A stretch of DNA of 64,000 nucleotides, taken from an uncultured Bacillota bacterium (lineage in GTDB: Bacteria > Bacillota_I > Bacilli_A > RF39 > UBA660). The stretch spans positions 11,745-75,744 of the forward strand of contig CAUAFL010000006.1 in the NCBI GenBank assembly GCA_958428295.1, read 5' to 3'. Position 1 is the stretch's first letter. Every line of letters starts with the position of its first letter. A program made the position numbers and the translations under genes. The notes below the pieces were generated by a model. The model had not been told where the DNA came from. It saw nothing but the letters and a program-made list of their open reading frames with translations, and made no database searches. This document shows, in pieces, positions 45,942 to 55,400 of the stretch.

Positions 45942-46676
45942 TTATTCATTATCTTCTAAAAAGTAATTAACCATTTTTTCATAATTATCTTGACTATTTA
46001 AACAAGTATCTATTAAATAACCTTTTTCATTATTAGTTTGGTATTCTTTTATACCCCTTATATAAAAATCTTTATTTCTATCCTCAATAAAGAAAGGCAT
46101 AATATCATTATATAAACATTCTCTAAACATTATCATTCTTCCAACACGACCATTGCCATCTTGGAAAGGGTAAATTTTCTCAAATCTAACATGAAATTCA
46201 ATAATATCCTCAATAGTTTTTTTATCTATTTTATCATACCACTCTAATAATTATTTCATATCACTAGCTACATTACTTGGTAAAGATGTTGTAATATTTC
46301 CAACAAAGTTCTTTTTGTATTCTCCTACATTAAACCATTCTTTTTCACTATCAGTTAAAGTACCATCTTTTAAGATAAAGTGAAATTTTTTTATCATATC
46401 TTCAGATAATTTATCCTCAATAGTGTCTAACATATATTTAAATAAAGTAAAATGATTCTTTGTTTCAGTAGCATCTTTTAAAACAATAACTTTATCTTTG
46501 CTCGTTAAAATAGTTCCTGTATCATAAATACTGGCTGTTTCATCAGGTGTTATTGTTGATCCCTCTATATGATTTATATTATAAGAAAAATCAAGTTGTG
46601 TTTTATGATAAAGACTACCTGATAAACCAATATTTTTTTGTTCAATTAATGCTTTTTTAATTTTACTTACTTCCAT
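45942..46676 (-). pseudogene. Fic-domain protein gene interrupted by one in-frame TAA, with the catalytic His replaced by Tyr
   Basis: ...VASDMK, then TAA (46251-46253), then LLEWYDKIDKKTIEDIIEFHVRFEKIYPFQDGNGRVGRMIMF... The motif reads YPFQDGNGRVGR instead of HPFxDGNGRxxR (TAC at 46170-46172). Confidence 0.75.
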
Positions 46677-46866
46677 TTTTTTTGCCTCCCTTTAAAATTA
46701 ATTCTACTTCTTTCATAGTTCTATCAACAATTGCTAGTGATAAAAAGTTACAGATAAATGCCATGCTAAGTAATCCTAAAATTGTTCCAAATTGATACAT
46801 AAAATCTTTAATCCATATATCAGCAATTACACAAATACATATAACTAAATAATATGATACGACCAT
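46663..46866 (-). CDS. Small hydrophobic protein (67 aa)
   Basis: Two TM segments. The upstream 46867-47105 holds further broken hydrophobic reading frames. Confidence 0.3.
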   Translation of the reverse strand: MVVSYYLVICICVIADIWIKDFMYQFGTILGLLSMAFICNFLSLAIVDRTMKEVELILKGGKKNGSK

Positions 46867-47105
46867 AAAGAATATAAATTCTGATGATTTTCTAGTTAAG
46901 TTTTTATCATAACTTTTATCTATTTTTCTATTTCCTGTTTTCCCTCTTTAGACCATTTTGTAATAAACATTAAATAGCCAACATATTTAATCCTAAAGAT
47001 ACCCAAAAGAAATTTGTACTATTATTTATATTAAAACAAACTAAAATAAATGAAATAACTAATAATATTAGACTAACAACTTGAATCTTATTTAATCTCT
47101 TTAAA

Positions 47106-47597
47106 CTATTTACCATTTCTAAACTCCTCAATAGCATTACTATTTAATAATTTCATAATTTCTTCGTTTGTTTCATTTTGATATTCAAGATCCTCTATTG
47201 TTTCTAATAATACATTTTTCTTTCCTTCATCTGAACTAACAGAAGCATTTTTTAATGATTCTATAACTACTTTATTATTGCTAATTGAACTTTCTATACT
47301 ATCCATTGCTTCTTTTAATTCTTTTCCTCTTAACTTAGAGTAATGTTCAAGTAAATATGGATTAAGTGAACTAACTTGTGATCCTAAACCTGAAGCATAC
47401 ATTAAATCATTATAATTAACTCCTATGTATTTACTTATCTTTCTTAATAATTTGGGATTAGGTACTTCTCGTTCTCCAGATTCTATTCTTGAAATATCAG
47501 AAGAACTAATATTTGCAAGTTCTGCAAGTTGTCGCATAGACAAATTATTTTCTTTTCTACCTTGCTGAATTAACTCTCCAACTTTAGTTTTAGCCAT
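47106..47597 (-). CDS. XRE/cI-like repressor with C-terminal coiled-coil-like extension
   Basis: LIQQGRKENNLSMRQLAELANISSSDISRIESGEREVPNPKLLRKISKYIG. Confidence 0.85.
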   Translation of the reverse strand: MAKTKVGELIQQGRKENNLSMRQLAELANISSSDISRIESGEREVPNPKLLRKISKYIGVNYNDLMYASGLGSQVSSLNPYLLEHYSKLRGKELKEAMDSIESSISNNKVVIESLKNASVSSDEGKKNVLLETIEDLEYQNETNEEIMKLLNSNAIEEFRNGK

Positions 47598-47643
47598 ACT
47601 TTCACGTCCTTTCTGAATTGATTATAACACATTCATTGCTTTT

Positions 47644-47720
47644 TTGCAACGATTTTAATTTATTTTTGCAAAAAAGGTTGATTTTTGAATTTGTGGTGTT
47701 ATGATGATGTTAGATTGCAA
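47644..47720. promoter_or_regulatory. Divergent control region: plus-strand promoter plus three TTGCAA half-palindromes
   Basis: TTGATT (47678-47683), 16 nt, TGT-TATGAT (47697-47705). TTGCAA at 47644, 47666 and 47715. Confidence 0.4.
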
Positions 47721-47910
47721 CAGAAAAAGTAATTTGAAACAAAAATAAAATAAGGTGTTAAGATAAAGACATAAAAAGTTTAAAAAAGTTCTTTGAAAAT
47801 TGAATAGAGTTAGAAATCGCCGATATGCTGACTCATTAAATAAGTACAAGGCAAAGCCCCTATTGGTACGGGAGTTCTAGTTTAACTTAAAACTAAAATA
47901 TAAAAAAGAA

Positions 47911-48084
47911 ATGGAGGAAAAATATGGAAGCACAAGAAACACTAATTTAATATCTAAACAATGGTGTACATTTGAAGAGTTGATGACATTAGGAGAATTT
48001 GGTAGAAACTCTGCTTTAAAAGTAAAAAGAGAGATTAAAAATAAATTAAATGATATTGTAAATACCATAAATAATTTAACTTAA
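47911..48084 (+). CDS. Small excisionase/HTH-like ORF (57 aa), possibly frameshifted at its 5' end
   Basis: MEEKYGSTRNTNLISKQWCTFEELMTLGEFGRNSALKVKREIKNKLNDIVNTINNLT. The good SD (GGAGG 47913-47917) serves an out-of-frame ATG at 47924 that stops after 8 codons. Confidence 0.3.
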   Translation: MEEKYGSTRNTNLISKQWCTFEELMTLGEFGRNSALKVKREIKNKLNDIVNTINNLT

Positions 48085-48183
48085 ACTAAATTAAACCACC
48101 TTAAACTTTTAAAAAAACACCATTTTGGGTAGTTGAATGGTGGTTGAAACTAAATAAATTAAACTAAAACCCTTTAAATACAA

Positions 48184-48207
48184 CAAAAATGAGCCCAAAA
48201 TGGGCTC
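48184..48207 (-). terminator. Intrinsic terminator downstream of metK
   Basis: GAGCCCA-AAA-TGGGCTC followed on the minus strand by ATTTTTGTTG. Confidence 0.6.
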
Positions 48208-48348
48208 TTCAGGGGGTTCGGTTGAATATAACTCCACATACAATCGTGGATTATAATCAGCATGACAAATAAGTTATCTATCATGCATATTAATCATAAC
48301 TAAAATTTGGGCTCTTGTCAATTTTATTTTTACATTTTGTAAAATTAA

Positions 48349-49365
48349 TTATTCAATTTGACCATAACGAGCTTTTTCCTCATAACAAATCTGTCGCAAC
48401 TGTAATTGTTCTATCATTATGGGCACTTGACAAATTTGATAATATTTTTGTTCTACATCTAAATAGCCTTTATCACTAACTACAAAAATGCTAACAGGAG
48501 CTTTTTTCCCAATGACGTAAGCTAATTGTACCAAACACCACTTCAAATGATACTGAATTAAATACTCCTTAGCAATCTGGCGCGCCTGATATTGAGCACT
48601 ACGATCAACTTTTGTTGGATCCTTCCCACTAAAGGAACCCCCTCCAACAGGTGCAAAACCTTGATATGTATCAACGACAATTTTACGGCCACTAAGTCCC
48701 GAATCAGCAGCAAAACCACCCAGCGCAAAACGACCTGTTGGATTTAATAAATAGGAATCTACTGCCACCTGATATTTTTGACAAATAGCATTACATTGAT
48801 CGATAATTAACTGATCGGTAACTGAACGATTCTTTTCATCATTTTGGTAGGAGATCACAAAACAGCGAATCCGTTGTAACTTTCTATCAGCACTATAAAC
48901 TGCCGTAATTTGTGCTTTACCATCTGGAAATAAATGTTCATTTTCTCGTTGAACCAAATCATACCACTGACTCAATTCTTTTAGAATTACCATTGCTGTT
49001 GGCAACAATTGTACCGTATCATCACAAGCATAACCAAACATTAGCCCTTGGTCTCCTGCCCCTCCTACTTCTTCTTTTGTTCCCATAGCAATATCAGGAC
49101 TCTGCTTGCCAATATTATTGATAATCTCATAAGAAGTATCATACCCAACATCTATTAAGACACGTCGTACAATTTCCTCAACTGGTACCAAAGCAGTGGA
49201 ACTAATTTCGCCCGTTAAAAAGATTTTTCCTTTACCACCCATCGTCTCAACAGCACAACGAGCATACGGATCCTTCTTTAAATAAGCATCTAAAATAGCA
49301 TCACTAATCTGATCACACACCTTATCAGGATGACCACGAAAAACAATTTCATTACTAAAAAGCAT
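48349..49365 (-). CDS. metK: S-adenosylmethionine synthetase, compact divergent form (338 aa)
   Basis: GHPDKVCDQISDA, GAGDQGLMFGYA, DGKAQIT, NPTGRF, GRKIVVDTY, GGGSFSGKDPTKVDRSAQY. Confidence 0.8.
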   Translation of the reverse strand: MLFSNEIVFRGHPDKVCDQISDAILDAYLKKDPYARCAVETMGGKGKIFLTGEISSTALVPVEEIVRRVLIDVGYDTSYEIINNIGKQSPDIAMGTKEEVGGAGDQGLMFGYACDDTVQLLPTAMVILKELSQWYDLVQRENEHLFPDGKAQITAVYSADRKLQRIRCFVISYQNDEKNRSVTDQLIIDQCNAICQKYQVAVDSYLLNPTGRFALGGFAADSGLSGRKIVVDTYQGFAPVGGGSFSGKDPTKVDRSAQYQARQIAKEYLIQYHLKWCLVQLAYVIGKKAPVSIFVVSDKGYLDVEQKYYQICQVPIMIEQLQLRQICYEEKARYGQIE

Positions 49366-49421
49366 TCTTTTCCTCCTCTATGTTATTTTAACAAAAAAAG
49401 AGCCTTTTAAAGACACTTTCT

Positions 49422-51413
49422 TTAACTATGGACAATTAATGACATTAAACGTTGCTTCAAGGCATCTTCATCACTTTCCTTACACTGTAAATACTCATAA
49501 GAATCCTCTTTAGCTTGCAATAAAATTTTATAATCACGGGCTAAATCAGCGATTTTGAAAGTCATATCACCACTTTGTTTCGTTCCAAATAAATCACCAT
49601 GTCCTCGTAATTTAAAGTCCTCTTCACTAATTTCAAAACCATCATCCGTTTTTTCCATGATCTCTAAACGTTTGGTGTCACTATCACTGATCAAAAGACA
49701 ATAAGACTGCAACTCACTTCTTCCAACCCGTCCTCGCAATTGATGAAGTGTTGATAAACCAAAGCGATCGGCATCAAAAATAACCATCATGGTTGCATTC
49801 GCAACATCCACCCCTACTTCAATTACTGTCGTGCTAATTAAAATTTGAACTTGATTATTACAAAAATCTTGCATTATTTTTTCTTTATCATCCGCTGCTA
49901 ATTTCCCATGAATTAGACCAATTTTAAATTTACTGCCAAAAGCCAAATTCATCTTATCACGCAATTCATTAACATTGGTTAAATCACTATTCTCACTCTC
50001 CTCTATTAAGGGAGCAATAACATAAATTTGGTGAAAAGAAATTAGTTGTTGGTACATAGCGGCCAATACTTCCTTTATCTGCTCATTCTTTTTTATTTTT
50101 GTCTCAATTTTTTTTCGTCCTTTGGGTCTTGTTTTGATTGTTGAGACATCCATATCGCCATAAATCGTTAAGGCATAAGTTCTAGGAATAGGGGTGGCAC
50201 TCATGTATAAAGTATCCGGTTTTTGACCTTTATTCTCTAAATTAGCCCGTTGATGAACACCAAAACGATGCTGCTCATCAGTAATGACTAATCCTAAGTT
50301 ATGATATACTACTTCTTCTTGAATTAAAGCATGTGTTCCTACAACCATATCAATCGTTCCATCTGCTAACTGTTGGTAAATTGCTAACTTTTCCTTCTTA
50401 GTTAAAGAACCCGTCAATAAGGCTATGGTTATATCATAATCCTTTAAAAATTGTTGTAAACTAAGATAGTGCTGCGTCGCTAAAATTTCTGTGGGAGCCA
50501 TTAATGCACTTTGATAACCACTCAAATAATTGGCATACATGGCAATAAAAGCAACAATTGTCTTACCGCTACCAACATCTCCTTGCAACAACCGGTTCAT
50601 ACGTCCTTTCTGCTCCAAATCAACTAAAATAGCCTCCATAGAAAGGAGTTGATCTTTCGTTAAAGAAAAAGGTAACGTCTCAATAAACTCTGTAATTTTC
50701 CTACGGTCGATAGTTCTAGACAGACCAACATTTAGACGGCGATGTTCTTCCTTTAAATAATTGATTTTAAACATAAATTCAAACAATTCTTCATATTTTA
50801 AGCGAATAAGCGCTTCTTTCAACTTGTCACTTGTTGGTGGATTATGCACAATATTTAAAGCTGTTTTCTTATTCACAAAATGATACTTTGCTTGATAAGT
50901 TGCAGGAATGGCATCCGTAATCTCCTTACTATTTCCAAGAAGAGCCATATTAATATAAAGAGCCATATTTTTATTAGAAATACCGTTCGTCAAATGATAA
51001 ATTGGTTCAATCTTTACCTTGTTAGACAAAGTTTCCATTTTAATATCTGAAGCAGTTATGACATTTTTTTTCTTATCTAATTTACCAATCACCGTTACTC
51101 CTGTTCCAACTAATAATTGATTTTTAAGGAAAGCCCGATTAAAAATTGACACCCCCACAATGCCACTAGCGGTCACTAAGCGAAAATTCATTTTATTAAG
51201 TCCCGCTTTAAAACGAACCAAAATAGGACTACTTTCTATTTTTCCATCAATAATAATATGCGCTCCATCTTCTGTTTCTTGCAGATTACCACGTTTTAAC
51301 ACTTCATAGCGAAATGGATAATGATTCACTAAATCATTCACCGTATATATTCCCAATTTATTAAGCAAAATCACTGCCCGAGGACCAACGCCTTTCACAT
51401 CCTGTAATGCCAC
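49422..51413 (-). CDS. recG: ATP-dependent DNA helicase RecG
   Basis: GDVGSGKT, DEQHRFG, QLRGRVGR. I prefer the GTG at 51413, because the GTG at 51422 lies inside the AGAGGTGG SD. Confidence 0.9.
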   Translation of the reverse strand: MALQDVKGVGPRAVILLNKLGIYTVNDLVNHYPFRYEVLKRGNLQETEDGAHIIIDGKIESSPILVRFKAGLNKMNFRLVTASGIVGVSIFNRAFLKNQLLVGTGVTVIGKLDKKKNVITASDIKMETLSNKVKIEPIYHLTNGISNKNMALYINMALLGNSKEITDAIPATYQAKYHFVNKKTALNIVHNPPTSDKLKEALIRLKYEELFEFMFKINYLKEEHRRLNVGLSRTIDRRKITEFIETLPFSLTKDQLLSMEAILVDLEQKGRMNRLLQGDVGSGKTIVAFIAMYANYLSGYQSALMAPTEILATQHYLSLQQFLKDYDITIALLTGSLTKKEKLAIYQQLADGTIDMVVGTHALIQEEVVYHNLGLVITDEQHRFGVHQRANLENKGQKPDTLYMSATPIPRTYALTIYGDMDVSTIKTRPKGRKKIETKIKKNEQIKEVLAAMYQQLISFHQIYVIAPLIEESENSDLTNVNELRDKMNLAFGSKFKIGLIHGKLAADDKEKIMQDFCNNQVQILISTTVIEVGVDVANATMMVIFDADRFGLSTLHQLRGRVGRSELQSYCLLISDSDTKRLEIMEKTDDGFEISEEDFKLRGHGDLFGTKQSGDMTFKIADLARDYKILLQAKEDSYEYLQCKESDEDALKQRLMSLIVHS

Positions 51414-51501
51414 TATTACCACCTCTTTACTGCCTCATATTATAGCATGTTTTTTGACATTTTTAAAGAATAAAAACATAAAATTCATTAAGGAGGATTT
51501 T

Positions 51502-52245
51502 ATGAAATTAATAGCGGACGGCGGAGCCATTACTAAAAATGCCACTGCCAATACTAGAGACTCCATCATTTTAGGACTAAACAAACCTTATATTGATGGA
51601 TTTCGTTTGAATATTTATATTACAAAGGACAACGAATTAGTTACAACAAGTGAAGAAATAGCTGATTATTTTGAAAAGAACAATAAAAGGATAAAAGACC
51701 TTCCTCTTCGTAAATTAATAGGTTATAACGTGGGAACAAAAATTCATCATCAAAGAATTATGACTCTCAAAGAAGTATTAGAAATTTTTAAAAGTTACAA
51801 TAAAGATTTAATATTAAACCTTCAGGATCAAGGAAAGGACAATGCCTTATTCATTGACTTAGTATTAGTCACAATTAGACCCTATGCAAAATTAAACATT
51901 TACTTAGAAAGCGAAAATAAAGAAATCATTTCCTACTTACAAAGTAGTCATTCCTGCCACCCAATTGGTGCTGTGGTCAATGAAAATAATATTGAAAACT
52001 GGCAAATGCAAGTTGACTTCTACGATATTATTGTAACATTACTAACAAAAGTAGATATTCGTCAAAAAATTAATAATAACAAACTAATCATGATTCATGA
52101 AATTAATCGCCAAGAAGTTTTTGATTTAATTTATAACGAATACAAGGATATTTTCAACTCCATTTTTATTATTACCTCCTATATTGCTGCCATCAATTAT
52201 AATCCTATCGTCACAAACAACAATCACAATTTAGAAAGTTACTAA
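51502..52245 (+). CDS. Glycerophosphodiester-phosphodiesterase-like protein with substituted catalytic residues
   Basis: AAGGAGG SD then ATG. KLIADGGAITKNATANTRDSII...ITKDNELV aligns by eye to the AHRG...PENT...E.D...T.D motif, but the His/Arg/Glu/Asp positions are changed. Confidence 0.4.
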   Translation: MKLIADGGAITKNATANTRDSIILGLNKPYIDGFRLNIYITKDNELVTTSEEIADYFEKNNKRIKDLPLRKLIGYNVGTKIHHQRIMTLKEVLEIFKSYNKDLILNLQDQGKDNALFIDLVLVTIRPYAKLNIYLESENKEIISYLQSSHSCHPIGAVVNENNIENWQMQVDFYDIIVTLLTKVDIRQKINNNKLIMIHEINRQEVFDLIYNEYKDIFNSIFIITSYIAAINYNPIVTNNNHNLESY

Positions 52246-52261
52246 TTTTTTTAAAAAACGG

Positions 52262-52290
52262 TTGACAAAAGAGCCTAAAGTGATTATTAT
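52262..52290 (+). promoter_or_regulatory. Near-consensus sigma-A promoter with no downstream ORF
   Basis: TTGACA (52262-52267), 17 nt, TATTAT (52285-52290). Confidence 0.5.
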
Positions 52291-52295
52291 AAAAA

Positions 52296-52399
52296 GCACC
52301 AATTCGGAAATTAGGCGAATTGGTCGCTAGTATCACACTAGCCAACCCCTTTTTATTCTTTTTATGAAGCTGTCCCTAGGGGGTGCAGCTTCTATTTTT
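52296..52399 (+). ncRNA. Candidate small structured RNA of about 100 nt (or tandem terminators)
   Basis: Hairpin 1 ACCAATTCG/CGAATTGGT (52298-52324). Hairpin 2 GCTAGT/ACTAGC (52326-52342). U-rich spacer. Terminator GAAGCTG-N13-CAGCTTC followed by TATTTTT (52366-52399). Confidence 0.35.
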
Positions 52400-52430
52400 G
52401 TGTCTACCAAAGTTTTGCAAAAAAAAAAGA

Positions 52431-55400
52431 TTACTCTTTTTTTTCGGTATTAGCTTTCATTTGATAATATTGATACCGTTCCTCGGCATGTTCAAGATTC
52501 GCTTGTAACAAGGAAGCCGCTTCACTACGATTAATTTTATTTAGACTACGATAACGATCTTCTCCTTGTAAAAATTCTGAATAAGTAGAAAAGTCCACCT
52601 TACTATCCATTATAAGTTTCTGTGTCTCTGGATGGTAATGGAAAATCGGAAAATATCCAGAAGTTGCGGCCTTCTTCATTTCCTCAAGAGAATTACTCAT
52701 TCCTTGTAAAATCCCTTGAGCAATACATGGTGAATAAGCAATAATAAGGCTAGGTCCTTGATAGGCCTCAGCTTCCAATAACACCTTAATAGTAGCGGCT
52801 GGATTAGCGCCAAGAGAAATACAGCCAACATAAACATGAGGATACGTTAAAGCAATCTTAGCTAAATCTTTTTTAGGAATCTTCTTACCATTAGAAGCAA
52901 ACTTACAAACAGCCCCTAAACGACTAGACTTGCTAGCTTGTCCTCCTGTATTAGAATATACCTCAGTATCAAGCACTAAAATATTGATATTGTCACCACT
53001 AGCTAAGACATGATCAATTCCGTCATAACCAATATCATAAGCCCAGCCATCTCCTCCCACCATCCACAAGGAAATTGGCGCTATATATTTTTTTAATACT
53101 TTTAAAGCTCTTATTCTACTATGATCTACGACGGCTAATAAGGCTTTGGCCGTTTCTTCAGTAATTTCTGTAACATAATTTTGATAAATCTCACGCTCTG
53201 TTTCTTCAATTTTTGATAAATTCTTTTCAATAAGCATTTTTATTTGGCTTTTTTTAACTTCATCCGCAATTTTCATACCATAACCAAATTCTGCATTATC
53301 TTCAAATAAAGAATTTGCCCAAGGGATAGAATAAGGTGTCGATGGAGAGCTTGCACCATAAATAGAAGAACAGCCCGTAGCGTTAGCGATCATTAGTCGA
53401 TCACCAAACAATTGTGTCAACAACTTCAAATAAGGCGTTTCTCCGCAGCCAGCACAAGCTCCACTAAACTCAAACCGCGGTCTTCTAAACTGACTGCCTT
53501 TAATAGTATTAGGACTAAGTACTTCTTTGGTACTAACTTCCGTAAATAAATAATCAGTCTCCTCTAACTTCTCAACGGTCATCATTTTCTCTTTAGAAAC
53601 TAACTCCAATGCCTTTTGGTGCTTTTTACCAGGACATACGGCCACACAAAGACCACAGCCAGTACAATCTTTGAGAGAGATTCCCACAGTATAATAATAG
53701 GATTCACCCAAAGAGGTTGGAATTAACTCTTTTGACAAAGAAGCAGGGGATCCCTCAACTTCCTGTTGATTTAATAAGAAAGGTCGGATAACGGCGTGAG
53801 GACACACTAAGGAACATAAATTACAAGTAATACAGTTTTCTTTAATAAAACGTGGGGCAACCTCACTAATATCTCGCTTTTCTAAGCGACTAAGTCCTCC
53901 TTCAACGGTTCCATCCGGTCGCTCAAGAAACTGACTAACTGGTAACGTATTTCCTTCTCGACGATCAATAATAGCAAAAACCGTATTCCTTACTTCCTGC
54001 ACGGGGATATAATCTTGCTGATCTTGACTAATTTCTACAAATTGGCAGGCTTCTATGGCTTGTTTGATTGCCTGAATATTTTTTTCTGCTAAGGCATTGC
54101 TTTTAGCTTCAAAACGTTTATGTAACGTATCCTCCATTGCCTTTAAAGCATAATCATAATCAATAATATGACCAAATTTAAAAATTAAGCTCTCCATAAT
54201 CGCACTAATTTTATTTCCAAGACCTACTTTTTTAGCAATAGAAGAAGCATCAACAATGTAAAATTTAATTTGCCGTGAAACTAATAAGTCTTTTACTTCT
54301 TTACTAAGATGCTTTAACACTTCCTCTTTTGTCATTGAAGTATTTAATAGGAAAACCGCATGGGGGGTTAATGCATGAAACACATCAAACTTATCTAAAT
54401 AACTATCCTGTGTACAAACAACCAACTTTGCTTGTTCTACATAATAAGTAGAACGAATAGGCTGCTTAGAAAAACGCAAATGGCTAATGGTAACTCCACC
54501 ACTCTTTTTAGAATCATATTGAAAATAGCCTTGCACATAAGCATTGGTAGCACCCCCTGTAATTTTCATTAAATCCTTACAGGCACTGACCATTCCATCA
54601 CTACCATAACCATATACTAAGAAAGCCGTTTCTTCTTTCTTAACAATTTTGAAATCCTCCTCTACCGGTAAACTTAAATGCGTCACATCATCGATAATTC
54701 CAATAGTAAATTCATCTCGCTGGGGATTACTTAAAAAATCATAAACTGCCTTCACCATTGCAGGAGTTGTATTCTTACTTGATAAACCATAACGTCCCCC
54801 TACCACTTGAATCTCTGGACGAATACCACTAAGAACATTACTAACATCTAAAAAAAGTGGTTCACCAGCACTACCAGGTTCTTTCGTTCGATCGAGGACA
54901 GCTACTTTGACAACTGTTTTAGGAAGTGCTTTTAAAAAATATTCTGTGGAAAAAGGGCGATACAAATGCACCTCTACAAATCCTACCTCTTGCTGTTGTT
55001 GCAGCAAATAATCCACCGTTTCCTTGATCGTCTCGGAGATACTTCCCATCGCTACGATTACCTTAGTTGCTTTTTTACTACCATAATAATTAAAGGGGGC
55101 ATAATTTTTTCCCGTCAAGTCATTAATCTTTTGCATATAAGAGTTGACAATATCAGGTAAGGCTAAATAATAAGAATTCCGTACTTCTGTCGCCTGAAAA
55201 TAAATATCATCATTTTCAGCAGTTCCTCTCGTGACAGGATTATCAGGGTGCAAAGCACGCTTTCTAAATTCTTCTAGCGCTTGTTTATCTACTAATGCCT
55301 TTAACTTATCTGTATCAATAACATCGATTTTTTGTAACTCATGACTAGTTCGAAATCCATCAAAAAAATCAAGAAAAGGAACACGCCCCTCGATCGCTGC

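Larger units (their letters stand above)
40040..48340 (-). mobile_element. Decayed integrative-element remnant / genomic island (no integrase left)
   Basis: AT-rich block between the Bce operon and metK. Phage/IME-style XRE repressor divergent from a small xis-like ORF. Two nonsense-inactivated genes. Cargo operon of GNAT, two ABC exporters and a HAD hydrolase. Confidence 0.5.

Noticed and set aside
30566-46253. Stop-codon recoding (TAA read as a sense codon) as the explanation for three in-frame TAA codons
   Set aside because: Many neighbouring genes, including genes in the same islands, terminate with TAA at sensible positions. The affected loci also carry frameshifts or an active-site substitution. 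Ordinary pseudogenisation explains the data.
47655-48068. Minus-strand track ORFs 47655..47849 and 47877..48068
   Set aside because: Phe/Leu-rich translations of an AT-rich intergenic control region. They have no SD. They overlap the plus-strand promoter, leader and xis-like ORF, which make better sense.
48210-48245. GGGGGTTCGGTTGAAT as a tRNA or tmRNA 3' fragment
   Set aside because: No complementary T-stem or acceptor sequence follows. The resemblance is limited to a few bases.
49366-49421. SAM-I (S-box) riboswitch upstream of metK
   Set aside because: Only 56 nt are available, and they show none of the conserved S-box helices.
52364-52453. 29-codon ORF (MKLSLGGAASIFVSTKVLQKKKITLFFRY) within or after the candidate sRNA, as a type I toxin
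   Set aside because: It has no SD. It spans the terminator hairpin and runs into the convergent PFOR gene, so it is probably fortuitous.
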